From Clostridia bacterium (GTDB lineage Bacteria > Bacillota > Clostridia > Christensenellales > UBA1242), in NCBI GenBank assembly GCA_045538175.1, contig JAZSQZ010000101.1:119-64118 (forward strand): a stretch of 64,000 bases of DNA, given 5' to 3'. A program made the position numbers and the translations under genes. Below the pieces are notes generated by a model, which had not been told where the DNA came from, did no database searches, and was given only the letters and a program-made list of their open reading frames with translations. This document shows, piece after piece, positions 51,682 through 60,847 of the stretch; positions within the stretch are counted from its first letter, which is position 1, and the number at the start of each line of letters is the position of its first letter.

Positions 51682-51729
51682 TTTAAATTATATTTGTAGG
51701 AGAAACAAATGTCAAGACTTTTAAAAGAC

Positions 51730-51804
51730 AAAAAATAAAAACAATGCCCCACGGGCTAAGATGTTTTATCTGCCCATTCATTGATACTAAGTATCGCATT
51801 GTTT
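51730..51804 (-). ncRNA. Candidate structured small RNA B
   Basis: TTGACA(51838-51833)-17-TATACT(51815-51810); three-way junction closed by AACAATGC / GCATTGTT, then a T run. Confidence 0.5.
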
Positions 51805-51897
51805 TTAGTAGTATAGTGATTATATATGTTTTTGTCAATATCTATTTTAAGTCACTTTATGATAAAGAGAGCGAAATTGAGTTGTGATAATTTTTTG

Positions 51898-52554
51898 TTA
51901 TTTTCTTAAACAGTCAAGTTTTTTGTCTTTAAAATCTTTAACGGTAAATGTGCAAAGTTTGTTTAAGTCTTTTTTGTGATTTTTATTGAATTTGTTGTTT
52001 ACACCGATACATTCGATACCATACTCGACTGCTGTTTTGATGGCTGAATAGGAATCTTCAAAAAACAAAACTGACTCTTTATCTGTTTTTAAAAGTTTAA
52101 GACAGGTTTCATAAAATTCTGGAGTGTTTTTAGATATTTTTAAACCATTTTCTGTATAAATTTCTTCAAAGAAATCTATATCAAAATGTTTTAATGCTAT
52201 TTTTAACAAGTCTGAATCTGTTGCTGATGCAATAACTAATCTTTTTCCTTGTTCCTTTAAATTGACAAGAAATTCTCTTGCTTGTTTTATTATTTTAATT
52301 TTATGGGTGTAAAAGTAAGCCATTTGACTTTTCCAATGTTCTAAAAGGTTGTAACAATCATCTTCAACTTGAAAAATTTTGATTACTTTTCTTGCTTTTT
52401 CAAGGTTGTTTCCACCGTGAATTAAGCCATTTAATCGGTTGTCTGGTTTGATACCATAATGCTTGTAAGATAATTTTTCTATTGTTTTTTTCCAAAAACC
52501 TAAAGAATCCACTAATGTACTATCAAAATCAAATATCATTACATCTTTTTCCAT
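51898..52554 (-). CDS. HAD family phosphatase
   Basis: FDFDSTLVDS, K, FEDS. Confidence 0.88.
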   Translation of the reverse strand: MEKDVMIFDFDSTLVDSLGFWKKTIEKLSYKHYGIKPDNRLNGLIHGGNNLEKARKVIKIFQVEDDCYNLLEHWKSQMAYFYTHKIKIIKQAREFLVNLKEQGKRLVIASATDSDLLKIALKHFDIDFFEEIYTENGLKISKNTPEFYETCLKLLKTDKESVLFFEDSYSAIKTAVEYGIECIGVNNKFNKNHKKDLNKLCTFTVKDFKDKKLDCLRK

Positions 52555-52601
52555 ACATTACTCCTGCTGTTAATATGATAATTCTTTTTGATTTTATGGA
52601 A

Positions 52602-53546
52602 TTATTTAAGTTCTTCTTCGATGATATATCTTGGTCTTTGTTTTGTTTCGATATATGTTTTTCCAACATAAATTCCAACAAGACCTAGGCAACCCAAAAT
52701 TATGCCAACCATTAAAGTTATAAATGAAAGTATAACCCAAAGGGAAGACAAGTGAATTGTAAACATCAAAACAAGTGTTGTTACAAAACTTACAAAACCT
52801 AACATACAAAAAACAATTCCAAGGGTCAAAATCAAAAACAAAGGTTTTATGCTAAAAGAGGTTATGCCGTCAATTGCAAAGTTAAGCATTTTCTTTAATG
52901 GGTATTTGCTTTCCCCTGCAAATCTTTCACCCCTTTCATATTCGACTGTTGTTGACTTAAACCCAACTTGTGGGACAATTCCACGAAGGAATAAATTCTT
53001 TTCAGTAAATTGCAAAACACCATCGAGTGCAGTTTTACTTAAAAGTCTATAATCAGCGTGATTAAAAACTGTATCAACGCCCATTTTTTTCATAATTTTG
53101 TAGAAGGCTTCTGCTGTGCCTTTTTTAAACTTTGTGTCTTTTTTTCTAGAACTTCTAACACCATATACAACATCATATCCGTTAAGATACTCTTTTACCA
53201 TTTCGTCAATTGCGTTGATGTCATCTTGAAGGTCAGCGTCCATAGAAATTGTCATATCTGCGTACTTATTTGCAGTTTCAAGCCCTGCAACAAGTGCTGC
53301 TTGGTGACCACGGTTGCGGCTTAAAGTAATTCCACAAAACATACTGTTTTGTTTGTTTAGGTCTTTTATAATTTCCCAAGTTTTGTCCTTTGAGCCATCG
53401 TTTACAAAAAGTACACGACTTTTTTCACTTATAAGTTTTTGCTCCATAAGTGCTGTTAATTTTTCGTTTAATCTTTTTGAAGTTTCGCCCAAAACTTCTT
53501 CTTCGTTGTAGCAAGGTACAACAACATATAAAGTATTATTCTTCAA
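52602..53546 (-). CDS. GT2 bactoprenol glycosyltransferase (GtrB-like)
   Basis: VPCYNEE, NDGSKD, RNRGHQ, DADLQD, two C-terminal TMs. Confidence 0.92.
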   Translation of the reverse strand: MKNNTLYVVVPCYNEEEVLGETSKRLNEKLTALMEQKLISEKSRVLFVNDGSKDKTWEIIKDLNKQNSMFCGITLSRNRGHQAALVAGLETANKYADMTISMDADLQDDINAIDEMVKEYLNGYDVVYGVRSSRKKDTKFKKGTAEAFYKIMKKMGVDTVFNHADYRLLSKTALDGVLQFTEKNLFLRGIVPQVGFKSTTVEYERGERFAGESKYPLKKMLNFAIDGITSFSIKPLFLILTLGIVFCMLGFVSFVTTLVLMFTIHLSSLWVILSFITLMVGIILGCLGLVGIYVGKTYIETKQRPRYIIEEELK

Positions 53547-54081
53547 CGGTTAACTCCTTTTTTTCTTTGTCTTTAAAAACAAAAATCTTTCTTGTGATGT
53601 AGTTATAAACGAGCACAATCAAAGTCATAACAATTTTAACAATCCACTCGTTGATTCCAAGCAAGTTGAATCCTAAAAACATACCTAGCATATGAAGACC
53701 AAGGTCAATTGCAGAAAGAAAAGTAAACAACAAAAAGCCTTTTGTGCTTTTAGAATTGCCCTTGTTTCCAAAAACAAATATGATTGAAAAGATGTAGTTA
53801 AACACAAGTCCAATCAAAAAGCCAACTGCTGTGCCAACAATGGTCGAAATGGTGCTAGGGCTTATTGTTGCCCCATAAAAAACATTAAAAAATGAAGGGT
53901 AGTTTGCAGGTTGAAAGATATACAAAGTTACCCCCATAAAAAACATATCAATAACAGTTGCCAAACCACCGATGATTACAAATCTTATTATTTCGTAAAA
54001 AGTTGGGTGAGCATTTAAAAAATTAAAAAGTTTTTTAATAAGTCCCACTTTTTCTTGTTTTTCTTCTATTTTATTTTCCAT
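53536..54081 (-). CDS. GtrA family flippase
   Basis: RFVIIGGLATVID, FNYIFS...VF, YNYITRKIFVF. Confidence 0.88.
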   Translation of the reverse strand: MENKIEEKQEKVGLIKKLFNFLNAHPTFYEIIRFVIIGGLATVIDMFFMGVTLYIFQPANYPSFFNVFYGATISPSTISTIVGTAVGFLIGLVFNYIFSIIFVFGNKGNSKSTKGFLLFTFLSAIDLGLHMLGMFLGFNLLGINEWIVKIVMTLIVLVYNYITRKIFVFKDKEKKELTVEE

Positions 54082-54186
54082 AATTTAATTAAACACTAAA
54101 AGCAAAAAAAAGTAAAGCAAAGATAACTATTTGTTTGTTTTATATGGGTAATTATTGTATAATTTTATTTGTATAAGGATAATGAA

Positions 54187-56916
54187 ATGACAAAGGTAAA
54201 AAGTTTTATAAAACAAAAATATGTTTATTTTATTATAGCAGGTTTGTTTGTTTTGTTTTCTGTTGTGGCAGATGCCATAATGGGTATTTTTCCTTTTGGA
54301 CCAAACACGGTTGCAACTTATGATGCATGGCATCAAGTGTGCCCGTTATATAATTTGATATTTGACTTTTTTGAAGGCAAATCAACATTGTTTTATTCAA
54401 CAAATGTTGGTGGCGGAATAAACACTTTTGGTGTTTTAACATATTACATTGTAAGTCCGTTTAGCGTTTTCTTTTTAATGTTTGGTAGGGGTGGACTTTA
54501 CTTTGCATATGGCTTTGTGCTTTTGTTAAAAACAATCACAACAGCAATCGTTGCTTGTTTCTTTATAAGAAAAGTTTTTAAAAATGTAAACAAGGTTTAT
54601 CAAATTGTCTTGTCAGTTTTATATGCAACAGGTGGTTACTTTGTTTTTTTGCACACTTGGATAACCTGGATTGACTTTATGATTTATATGCCACTTTTGT
54701 TTTTGGCATACAAAAACTTAATTGAAAACGAAAAGATTTTACCATTTGCAATTGTTATGGCTTTGCTTATTTTCACTTGCTTTGGTATCGGTAGTTTTTC
54801 ATTTATAATTTTGTTTGTTTTGTTTGTTGCGTATAGCCTTATCTGTCTTGACAAGGAAAAACAAAAAAGGGTTCTAACAAACACGGTTTTAGGTCTTATT
54901 GTTGCAATAGGTATTGCTTTGTTTTTGCTTGTACCTAGTTTTCTTCAATACCTAGGTTCTTCAAGAACAGGTGGATTTTTTGAAACACTTTTTACAAAAC
55001 CTGTTTTTAATGAGCACACATCCGATAAACTTGCAACTGTTGTTGGCGACGGACTTATGTTGCTTTTTGCAATTATATATGTTGTAAAGTGTGATAAAAA
55101 AGACAACAAAAATAAATTCTTAATCTTTGCCCTTGTGCTTCTTTTAATACCTGTAATCGTTGACGAAGCAAATGTGCTTTTAAATATGGGCTCATACAAC
55201 GGTTATCCTTTTAGATTAGGTTTTGTATATTCGTTTTTGATTTTTTATATGGCTTCAAAACTTATAAACGACAAGTGGCAAGTTTTTGATGAAAGCACAA
55301 ATTCAAACAAAAAACACTTAATCGATTTTATAATTATTTCTGCAATATATTTGGTGGTTCTTGTTTTGGTTTTCTTGGTACTTGGCCCAATACTATCGCA
55401 ATTCTTAGCAAATCAAACAGCATCTTGGGGAGTTCTTGGTTGTTACTTGCTTGTGCTTGCCCTTCTTATAATCCCAGCAGGCCTAGTTTTGATAAATGCT
55501 AAAACTAAGGGTTTAAGTAAGAAAGTCTTAACAATTGCTATGTGTGTGATAACAGGTTTGCAAGTGTTTGTAAACTATGGTTTTGGTGTGTATGGCAGTG
55601 TTTTAAGTTACAAAACAATTTCGTCAGTTTCGCAAATGTTAAAAGAAAACAACATCACAACACAAAATACCCTAAAAGATTCTGCAGAAATCTTAAGCAG
55701 AAACGCACACCTTGATGTAGGCACAAAATCATATTCGATTTTCTCATCTTCAACTGACAATTATTTGTTAGACCTAAAATCACCTTTTAGTTATGTCAAC
55801 AACAACACAGGTGTTTCTTCATATGGTGGCACAATCATAAGCGATGCAATCTTTGGTTACGATTATGTCTTAAGCGACAAAATGGAAACAAGGCCTAACT
55901 TAGAGTTTGTCGACAGTTTCACCGAAAACGGACTTACTTGTTATCTTTACAAAAACACACTTGTCTTAAATGGTGGCCTTGTCGTAAATGATGACTTTTC
56001 GTACGAAGCAAACAAAGACTGTATTAAGTTTACAAACAATTTTTACAACTTGCTCGGTGGAGACGGGGAAGTCATAAAAGAGTATCCACTTTTTGAAGGC
56101 GATGTTGTTGATATTAAATACAACAACTTAAAACTTACCACCTTAGACGAAAAATATCAATTTGATATTATCGATGAAAACAAGGAAGGTTATATAACAC
56201 TTAGTTATACTGCCACAAAAGATAGCATTATCTATTTGTTTACAAACGAAAAAGATGTCGACAAAATCTATACTTTAACTCAAAAACAAGAAGTGGAAGG
56301 TTTTAGGACAGTTTCTTATTCGCTTGAAGCTTGCCTAAACGACCTAGGTTATGTAAAAGCAGGAGAAACAATTTCGCTTGACCTAAGATTTGTCGAAAGT
56401 GTAAGTTTTGATAAAACAGGCGAAAGTTCTTTGCGTTTTGCAACTCTTGATTATATAGGGGCTAAAAATGTTATAGAGGCAGTAAAAAACAACACTAGCC
56501 TAGAAGTATCTACAAAGAAAGATGGTTTTACTGTTTCAACAACACAAACTGATAATACTAAAAAACTTATCTTTCCACACCCTTATAGCGAAAATTATGT
56601 TTGCACAGTCAATGGCAAAAATGTCGAAATCAAAAACAACAACGGTTTTATCGAAATCGACTTAAACGAAGGCGAAAACAAAATCGAATTAACTTATAAA
56701 AACAAGTACACAAAACTTATGCTTGTATGCCTAGTTGTAGGCGTTGTCTTGGTTACTTGTGTCTTACTTGTTACAAAATTCTTCAAAGAAAAAATTATGA
56801 AAATTTCTTTCATCGTAAGATATTTGTCAATTGCACTTGCTGTTGTCCTTGTCGCATTTTTCTATGTTTTCCCATTCTTCACAATGCTTGTAAAAATGTG
56901 CCTAGGTGTTTTTTAA
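54187..56916 (+). CDS. YfhO family membrane glycosyltransferase (GT-C)
   Basis: DAWHQ, YYIVSPF, GYPFR, many TMs, PYSENY; divergent from gtrA/gtrB. Confidence 0.85.
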   Translation: MTKVKSFIKQKYVYFIIAGLFVLFSVVADAIMGIFPFGPNTVATYDAWHQVCPLYNLIFDFFEGKSTLFYSTNVGGGINTFGVLTYYIVSPFSVFFLMFGRGGLYFAYGFVLLLKTITTAIVACFFIRKVFKNVNKVYQIVLSVLYATGGYFVFLHTWITWIDFMIYMPLLFLAYKNLIENEKILPFAIVMALLIFTCFGIGSFSFIILFVLFVAYSLICLDKEKQKRVLTNTVLGLIVAIGIALFLLVPSFLQYLGSSRTGGFFETLFTKPVFNEHTSDKLATVVGDGLMLLFAIIYVVKCDKKDNKNKFLIFALVLLLIPVIVDEANVLLNMGSYNGYPFRLGFVYSFLIFYMASKLINDKWQVFDESTNSNKKHLIDFIIISAIYLVVLVLVFLVLGPILSQFLANQTASWGVLGCYLLVLALLIIPAGLVLINAKTKGLSKKVLTIAMCVITGLQVFVNYGFGVYGSVLSYKTISSVSQMLKENNITTQNTLKDSAEILSRNAHLDVGTKSYSIFSSSTDNYLLDLKSPFSYVNNNTGVSSYGGTIISDAIFGYDYVLSDKMETRPNLEFVDSFTENGLTCYLYKNTLVLNGGLVVNDDFSYEANKDCIKFTNNFYNLLGGDGEVIKEYPLFEGDVVDIKYNNLKLTTLDEKYQFDIIDENKEGYITLSYTATKDSIIYLFTNEKDVDKIYTLTQKQEVEGFRTVSYSLEACLNDLGYVKAGETISLDLRFVESVSFDKTGESSLRFATLDYIGAKNVIEAVKNNTSLEVSTKKDGFTVSTTQTDNTKKLIFPHPYSENYVCTVNGKNVEIKNNNGFIEIDLNEGENKIELTYKNKYTKLMLVCLVVGVVLVTCVLLVTKFFKEKIMKISFIVRYLSIALAVVLVAFFYVFPFFTMLVKMCLGVF

Positions 56917-56988
56917 GTGTTAGGGGTTGACAAAGTTTTTTAAAAATATATTATTAAAGTATAAACCTTAAGGACAAAAGAGAATATT

Positions 56989-57420
56989 ATGAAAAAAGAA
57001 AAAAATAAGTTACAGTTTAGATTTGGACTTTTTAAGAAAACTTACTTTTTTGAAACTGATGTTTTTGGTTTGGTTTTTGAAAAAGGTCCAAGGGCTGTTT
57101 GTATTTATATTACAGACAGAAAACACTCAGTTATATTTGCTGCAATTCCTATGGGCTATGATAAAAACTTAAGAAGATTTTTATTCACTGTTGGCTACAA
57201 CGAAGAAGAACAAGTTTTTACCGTTGAAGTTGGCGTTTTAAAAATCTTGATTGATGTTAAGAATTGCAGAGTTACTTCAAACAAAAATGCAAAAGTTTTT
57301 GGCTCAGAAATTTGGGGATACGAATGCTCAATTCCATGGACAACCGATTTTGAAAAGTATTTCAAGGGAGAAAAAGATGAGAGTAGTTTACATTCACCAT
57401 GCAAACAGACAGAAGGGTAA
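56989..57420 (+). CDS. Hypothetical protein
   Basis: 143-aa ORF downstream of a TTGACA promoter. Confidence 0.55.
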   Translation: MKKEKNKLQFRFGLFKKTYFFETDVFGLVFEKGPRAVCIYITDRKHSVIFAAIPMGYDKNLRRFLFTVGYNEEEQVFTVEVGVLKILIDVKNCRVTSNKNAKVFGSEIWGYECSIPWTTDFEKYFKGEKDESSLHSPCKQTEG

Positions 57421-57856
57421 TCCATCTACCCAAGACGATGGCATAAGCGAAGTTGGTTTAAAAGATTTAGAAGTTACAAAACAACTTTTAAATATGGCAA
57501 ATCAAAAACACAAGATTTCAACGATTTATACTTCACAATTTTTTAGATGCACAAAAACTGCAGAAGTTATAAATGGCGACATCAGGGCAAAAGTTATTGT
57601 TGACACAAGGCTTGACGAGATGGGCTCAGTTGAAAGAGAAACTTGGGTTGACACACAAAAAAGGTTACACGAATTTTTAGACGAAATCATAGAAAAGCAC
57701 GATGATAGCGACACTGTTGTTTGTGTTACAAGTGGCATAAATTTGGGTGCTTTTGTTCAAAAGTCACTAAACCTAAAGGCTTCTAGCGATTTTCCTATGT
57801 ATGGCGTGCCTAGTTGTTCGCCTATAGTTTTCGAATTTAAAAAGGGTGATAGATGA
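57377..57856 (+). CDS. Histidine phosphatase family protein
   Basis: YIHHA (RHG-like), TS..RC..TA, RLDE; SD GGGAG. Confidence 0.7.
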   Translation: MRVVYIHHANRQKGNPSTQDDGISEVGLKDLEVTKQLLNMANQKHKISTIYTSQFFRCTKTAEVINGDIRAKVIVDTRLDEMGSVERETWVDTQKRLHEFLDEIIEKHDDSDTVVCVTSGINLGAFVQKSLNLKASSDFPMYGVPSCSPIVFEFKKGDR

Positions 57857-58347
57857 AAAATATTATAATCTGTGGTACAGTCGGTACGGGCAAGGCCACA
57901 ATTTCAAAAAAACTTTCAAAGGAATTTAAGCTTACTTACCTTAACGATTGGCAACTCTTTCACGAAATGGGTATGGGGAAGGTTCCTAGTTCAAAAGTCT
58001 TTTCAAAAATTATGTTTGAGTTTTTAAGGGATAAAGAAAAGATTGTCTTAGACCTTGATATGTCGATTATGCCAAAAGATTATAGGGCGCTAAATTTTGA
58101 TTGTATGGTTTACTACATCGGCTTTGTGTCAGTAGACCTTAAAACCTTAACTCAAAAACTTTACGAAGGCGATATTCAAAATATGGTTATGGCAAAAAGG
58201 AAGGCAAAGTATCTTTTAAAGTGTGGAAAGAAACTTTGTAGAGAATGCAAAAAGTACAACCTTCCGTTTATCGAAATAAAAGAAGATAAAGACAAATCTA
58301 TAAAACAAATTTTAAACACTATAAGAGAAGAAATAAAAGGGGAATAA
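57853..58347 (+). CDS. P-loop kinase-like protein
   Basis: IIICGTVGTGKAT, D after the second strand. Confidence 0.55.
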   Translation: MKNIIICGTVGTGKATISKKLSKEFKLTYLNDWQLFHEMGMGKVPSSKVFSKIMFEFLRDKEKIVLDLDMSIMPKDYRALNFDCMVYYIGFVSVDLKTLTQKLYEGDIQNMVMAKRKAKYLLKCGKKLCRECKKYNLPFIEIKEDKDKSIKQILNTIREEIKGE

Positions 58348-58424
58348 AAGACCCCCTTTTTCATTTTAATATTGAAAATTTGATAAATTTATGGTAAAAT
58401 ATTAGTATAAAAGTAGGTGCATAA

Positions 58425-59702
58425 ATGAAAAAAGGTAGTTATGGTCGTCCTGTTTTTGACGATGGCCCATATGTGGGTATCCCGATTGAAGAAGCACAAG
58501 GCGAAAATTGGCTTGCCGAGTTTTTCTTAAAGAGAGCAAGAAAAAAAGATAGCCGTGCAAGGACAGGCGATAAGATCTTAGAAAGATATAGGGCCCGTCT
58601 TGAAGACCCAGAGGACACAAGCGTGTATGACGAAGTTATGTCACAAATTCAAAACAAGCAGTCATATAGACCTGAAATTGTTGTATCCCCAAGGGATATG
58701 GGCAGACTAAATGCCGAACTTGACAGATTTTTAAAAAATACATATGTTAGAAACCCAGCCTATGCAAAAGATGTTGATGCACCATATCTTCTTACATGGC
58801 TTGTTAAAAATATGACAAATTCTGACTGCGAAAACCCTATTGACCACGTTGATAGATATGCAGATTTTGTTGCAGACAAAACATTTGAAAATTTTAGAAC
58901 ACCTGCCCGTCTTGGTAAAATTGGCGACGCTGTTTTCTATACCGTAAACACAGAAGAATACGAAGCAGGCCTTGAAACTTCTGACCTATTTTTGTTCTTT
59001 GCAGAAAACGGACACGAAACATCTTTGCTTCCTTTTATTAGATATGGCATCGAAAAAACAGCAAGTGGACCTACAGCATATGTTTATGCAATCCAAAAGA
59101 GAGAAGTTGTTCAAGACGATTTTAATGAAGAATTAAAAAGAGTTTACGCAAAGGCAAACTCAGGCGTTAAGGAACATAGAAATATTCAACCTAGCATGCT
59201 GTGTGTGCTTGCAACTTTTTCTGGTATGCTTAGCGCAAAGGGTGTTGAAGACCTAAAAGTTCCGGACTTTATTGTTAGAAGATGGGGCGAGTTTTGGGAT
59301 TCACACACAGACGAAAGTGATATTTCAATTCAAACAAACGCAACAAACAAATTTTTATTTACCTTTCAACGCCTTGACAATCAATTTGAAGGCATTGATG
59401 TTGTTGCATATCCAAACGATATTGACAGTTTTATGCACTTGAAGATTTCCCCTGAAGCATATTCAAATAATGATATGTTGCAAACATTTTTCGAGTTTGG
59501 CAAACAAGCAGTGCTCGAAAGAGAAGAAGCACATGGGCAAACTGAAATTATGGACCTTGTTTCAGAATGGCAAGATATTGGTCTTGTCGAAGAAACTTCT
59601 TCATCTGTAGAAGGGGCAACAATCACACAAGTTGATGGTATTAAATCTTTAGTTATACACGACAAAACAAGTGATAGTTTTTTTGAAACTCCAACAGAAT
59701 AA
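58425..59702 (+). CDS. Orphan hypothetical protein with acidic C-terminus
   Basis: 425-aa ORF with its own promoter and terminator. Confidence 0.7.
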   Translation: MKKGSYGRPVFDDGPYVGIPIEEAQGENWLAEFFLKRARKKDSRARTGDKILERYRARLEDPEDTSVYDEVMSQIQNKQSYRPEIVVSPRDMGRLNAELDRFLKNTYVRNPAYAKDVDAPYLLTWLVKNMTNSDCENPIDHVDRYADFVADKTFENFRTPARLGKIGDAVFYTVNTEEYEAGLETSDLFLFFAENGHETSLLPFIRYGIEKTASGPTAYVYAIQKREVVQDDFNEELKRVYAKANSGVKEHRNIQPSMLCVLATFSGMLSAKGVEDLKVPDFIVRRWGEFWDSHTDESDISIQTNATNKFLFTFQRLDNQFEGIDVVAYPNDIDSFMHLKISPEAYSNNDMLQTFFEFGKQAVLEREEAHGQTEIMDLVSEWQDIGLVEETSSSVEGATITQVDGIKSLVIHDKTSDSFFETPTE

Positions 59703-59788
59703 ACAAAACCCTACCACACAGGTAGGGTTCGTTTTTTATTAGGAAAATAAAAAAACACCGAAGCCGGTGTAAAGTTCTTTAAATCGGT

Positions 59789-59871
59789 TGGTGCGGTCGA
59801 GAGGAATCGAACCCCCACGGTCTCCCAATAGATCCTAAGTCTATCGCGTCTGCCAGTTCCGCCACGACCGC
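59789..59871 (-). tRNA. tRNA-Leu(UAG)
   Basis: GCGGTCGTGGCGGAACTGGCAGACGC...ATAGA-CT-TAG-GA-TCTAT...GGTTCGATTCC...ACCA. Confidence 0.97.
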
Positions 59872-59887
59872 ATATTAAAGTTAAATT

Positions 59888-59963
59888 TGGTGATCCACCC
59901 GAGGTTCGAACTCGGGACCCCTTGATTAAAAGTCAAGTGCTCTACCAACTGAGCTAGTGAATC
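59888..59963 (-). tRNA. tRNA-Lys(UUU)
   Basis: GATTCACTAGCTCAGTTGGTAGAGC...CTTGA-CT-TTT-AA-TCAAG...GTTCGAAC...ACCA, 76 nt. Confidence 0.97.
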
Positions 59964-60145
59964 ATAATTTCGAACACGTGATATTGTACACCATATAAAT
60001 ACAAAAATCAAGTGTTTTTTTAAAAAAATAAAAAATATTTTTACTTTTTAAAAATATCTTTGTGCTTTATGCCTAAATCTTATATTTCACTTAAATTGAC
60101 ACTATTGCTTTACAAGTGGTATAATAAAATTAGAAATAGGGGGAA

Positions 60146-60811
60146 ATGGCTATGGCAGAAAATGAAAAAGTTGCAGCGATTGTTATCAATAGTCAAGCAA
60201 ACGCATTGTACAAAAGATTTATTAGTGTTTTAACAGAAAGGGGAGAGACACATGTTGCAGCTGTCACCGATGGACTAGAAAAAGGTATTATCAAAATGAG
60301 TGACAGACAAAGAGAAGTTTTTGATTTATATAAAGATCAACCACTTTTGTATGGTATTGAAAAATATCTTGAAACAAGATTTACTCCTGAAAAAGTTGGC
60401 ACAAATGATTATCAAGAAATTTCAGAGTATGCAGGTCAACACGGTTGGTCTACAAGTTTTACAACACGCTATACTTTCGGGCATAATTCAAACGTAGGTT
60501 ACGAAATTCAAGGTTATAATTCACCATCAAATAGACACTTGTTGGGAGATGAAAACTGTGACAAACTTATTGCACACTTAGAAGGACAAAGAGAAGCCCT
60601 TGCAATCTCAGCAATTGCTGAAGGATATGCAGAAGGGGCAATCACACCTGAGGTTATGAATATGGACGACAAACAATTGTGGGAATATGCAGTTGGTGGT
60701 GGTTTTGCTCCGGTAGAAGTTTCTTGGGCAGAAAAACAAAAACTTGTTATAAACGAAGCAACACAAATGTCAGAGGCGATGTATTCTGCAATTTATCCAG
60801 AAGAACAATAA
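60146..60811 (+). CDS. Orphan hypothetical protein
   Basis: 221 aa; TTGACA/TATAAT promoter, SD AGGGGG, terminator. Confidence 0.7.
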   Translation: MAMAENEKVAAIVINSQANALYKRFISVLTERGETHVAAVTDGLEKGIIKMSDRQREVFDLYKDQPLLYGIEKYLETRFTPEKVGTNDYQEISEYAGQHGWSTSFTTRYTFGHNSNVGYEIQGYNSPSNRHLLGDENCDKLIAHLEGQREALAISAIAEGYAEGAITPEVMNMDDKQLWEYAVGGGFAPVEVSWAEKQKLVINEATQMSEAMYSAIYPEEQ

Positions 60812-60847
60812 AAACAAAAACCGTTGTTATCAACGGTTTTTTTGTTT

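Noticed and set aside
17405-52554. Concentration of nucleotide house-cleaning enzymes (YjjX, two MazG-like, HIT, Nudix, HD, HAD) as a system
   Set aside because: The genes are unlinked and belong to common families
52602-56916. gtrA/gtrB/yfhO as a phage serotype-conversion cassette
   Set aside because: It is a standard Firmicute three-component wall-polymer glycosylation set with no phage context
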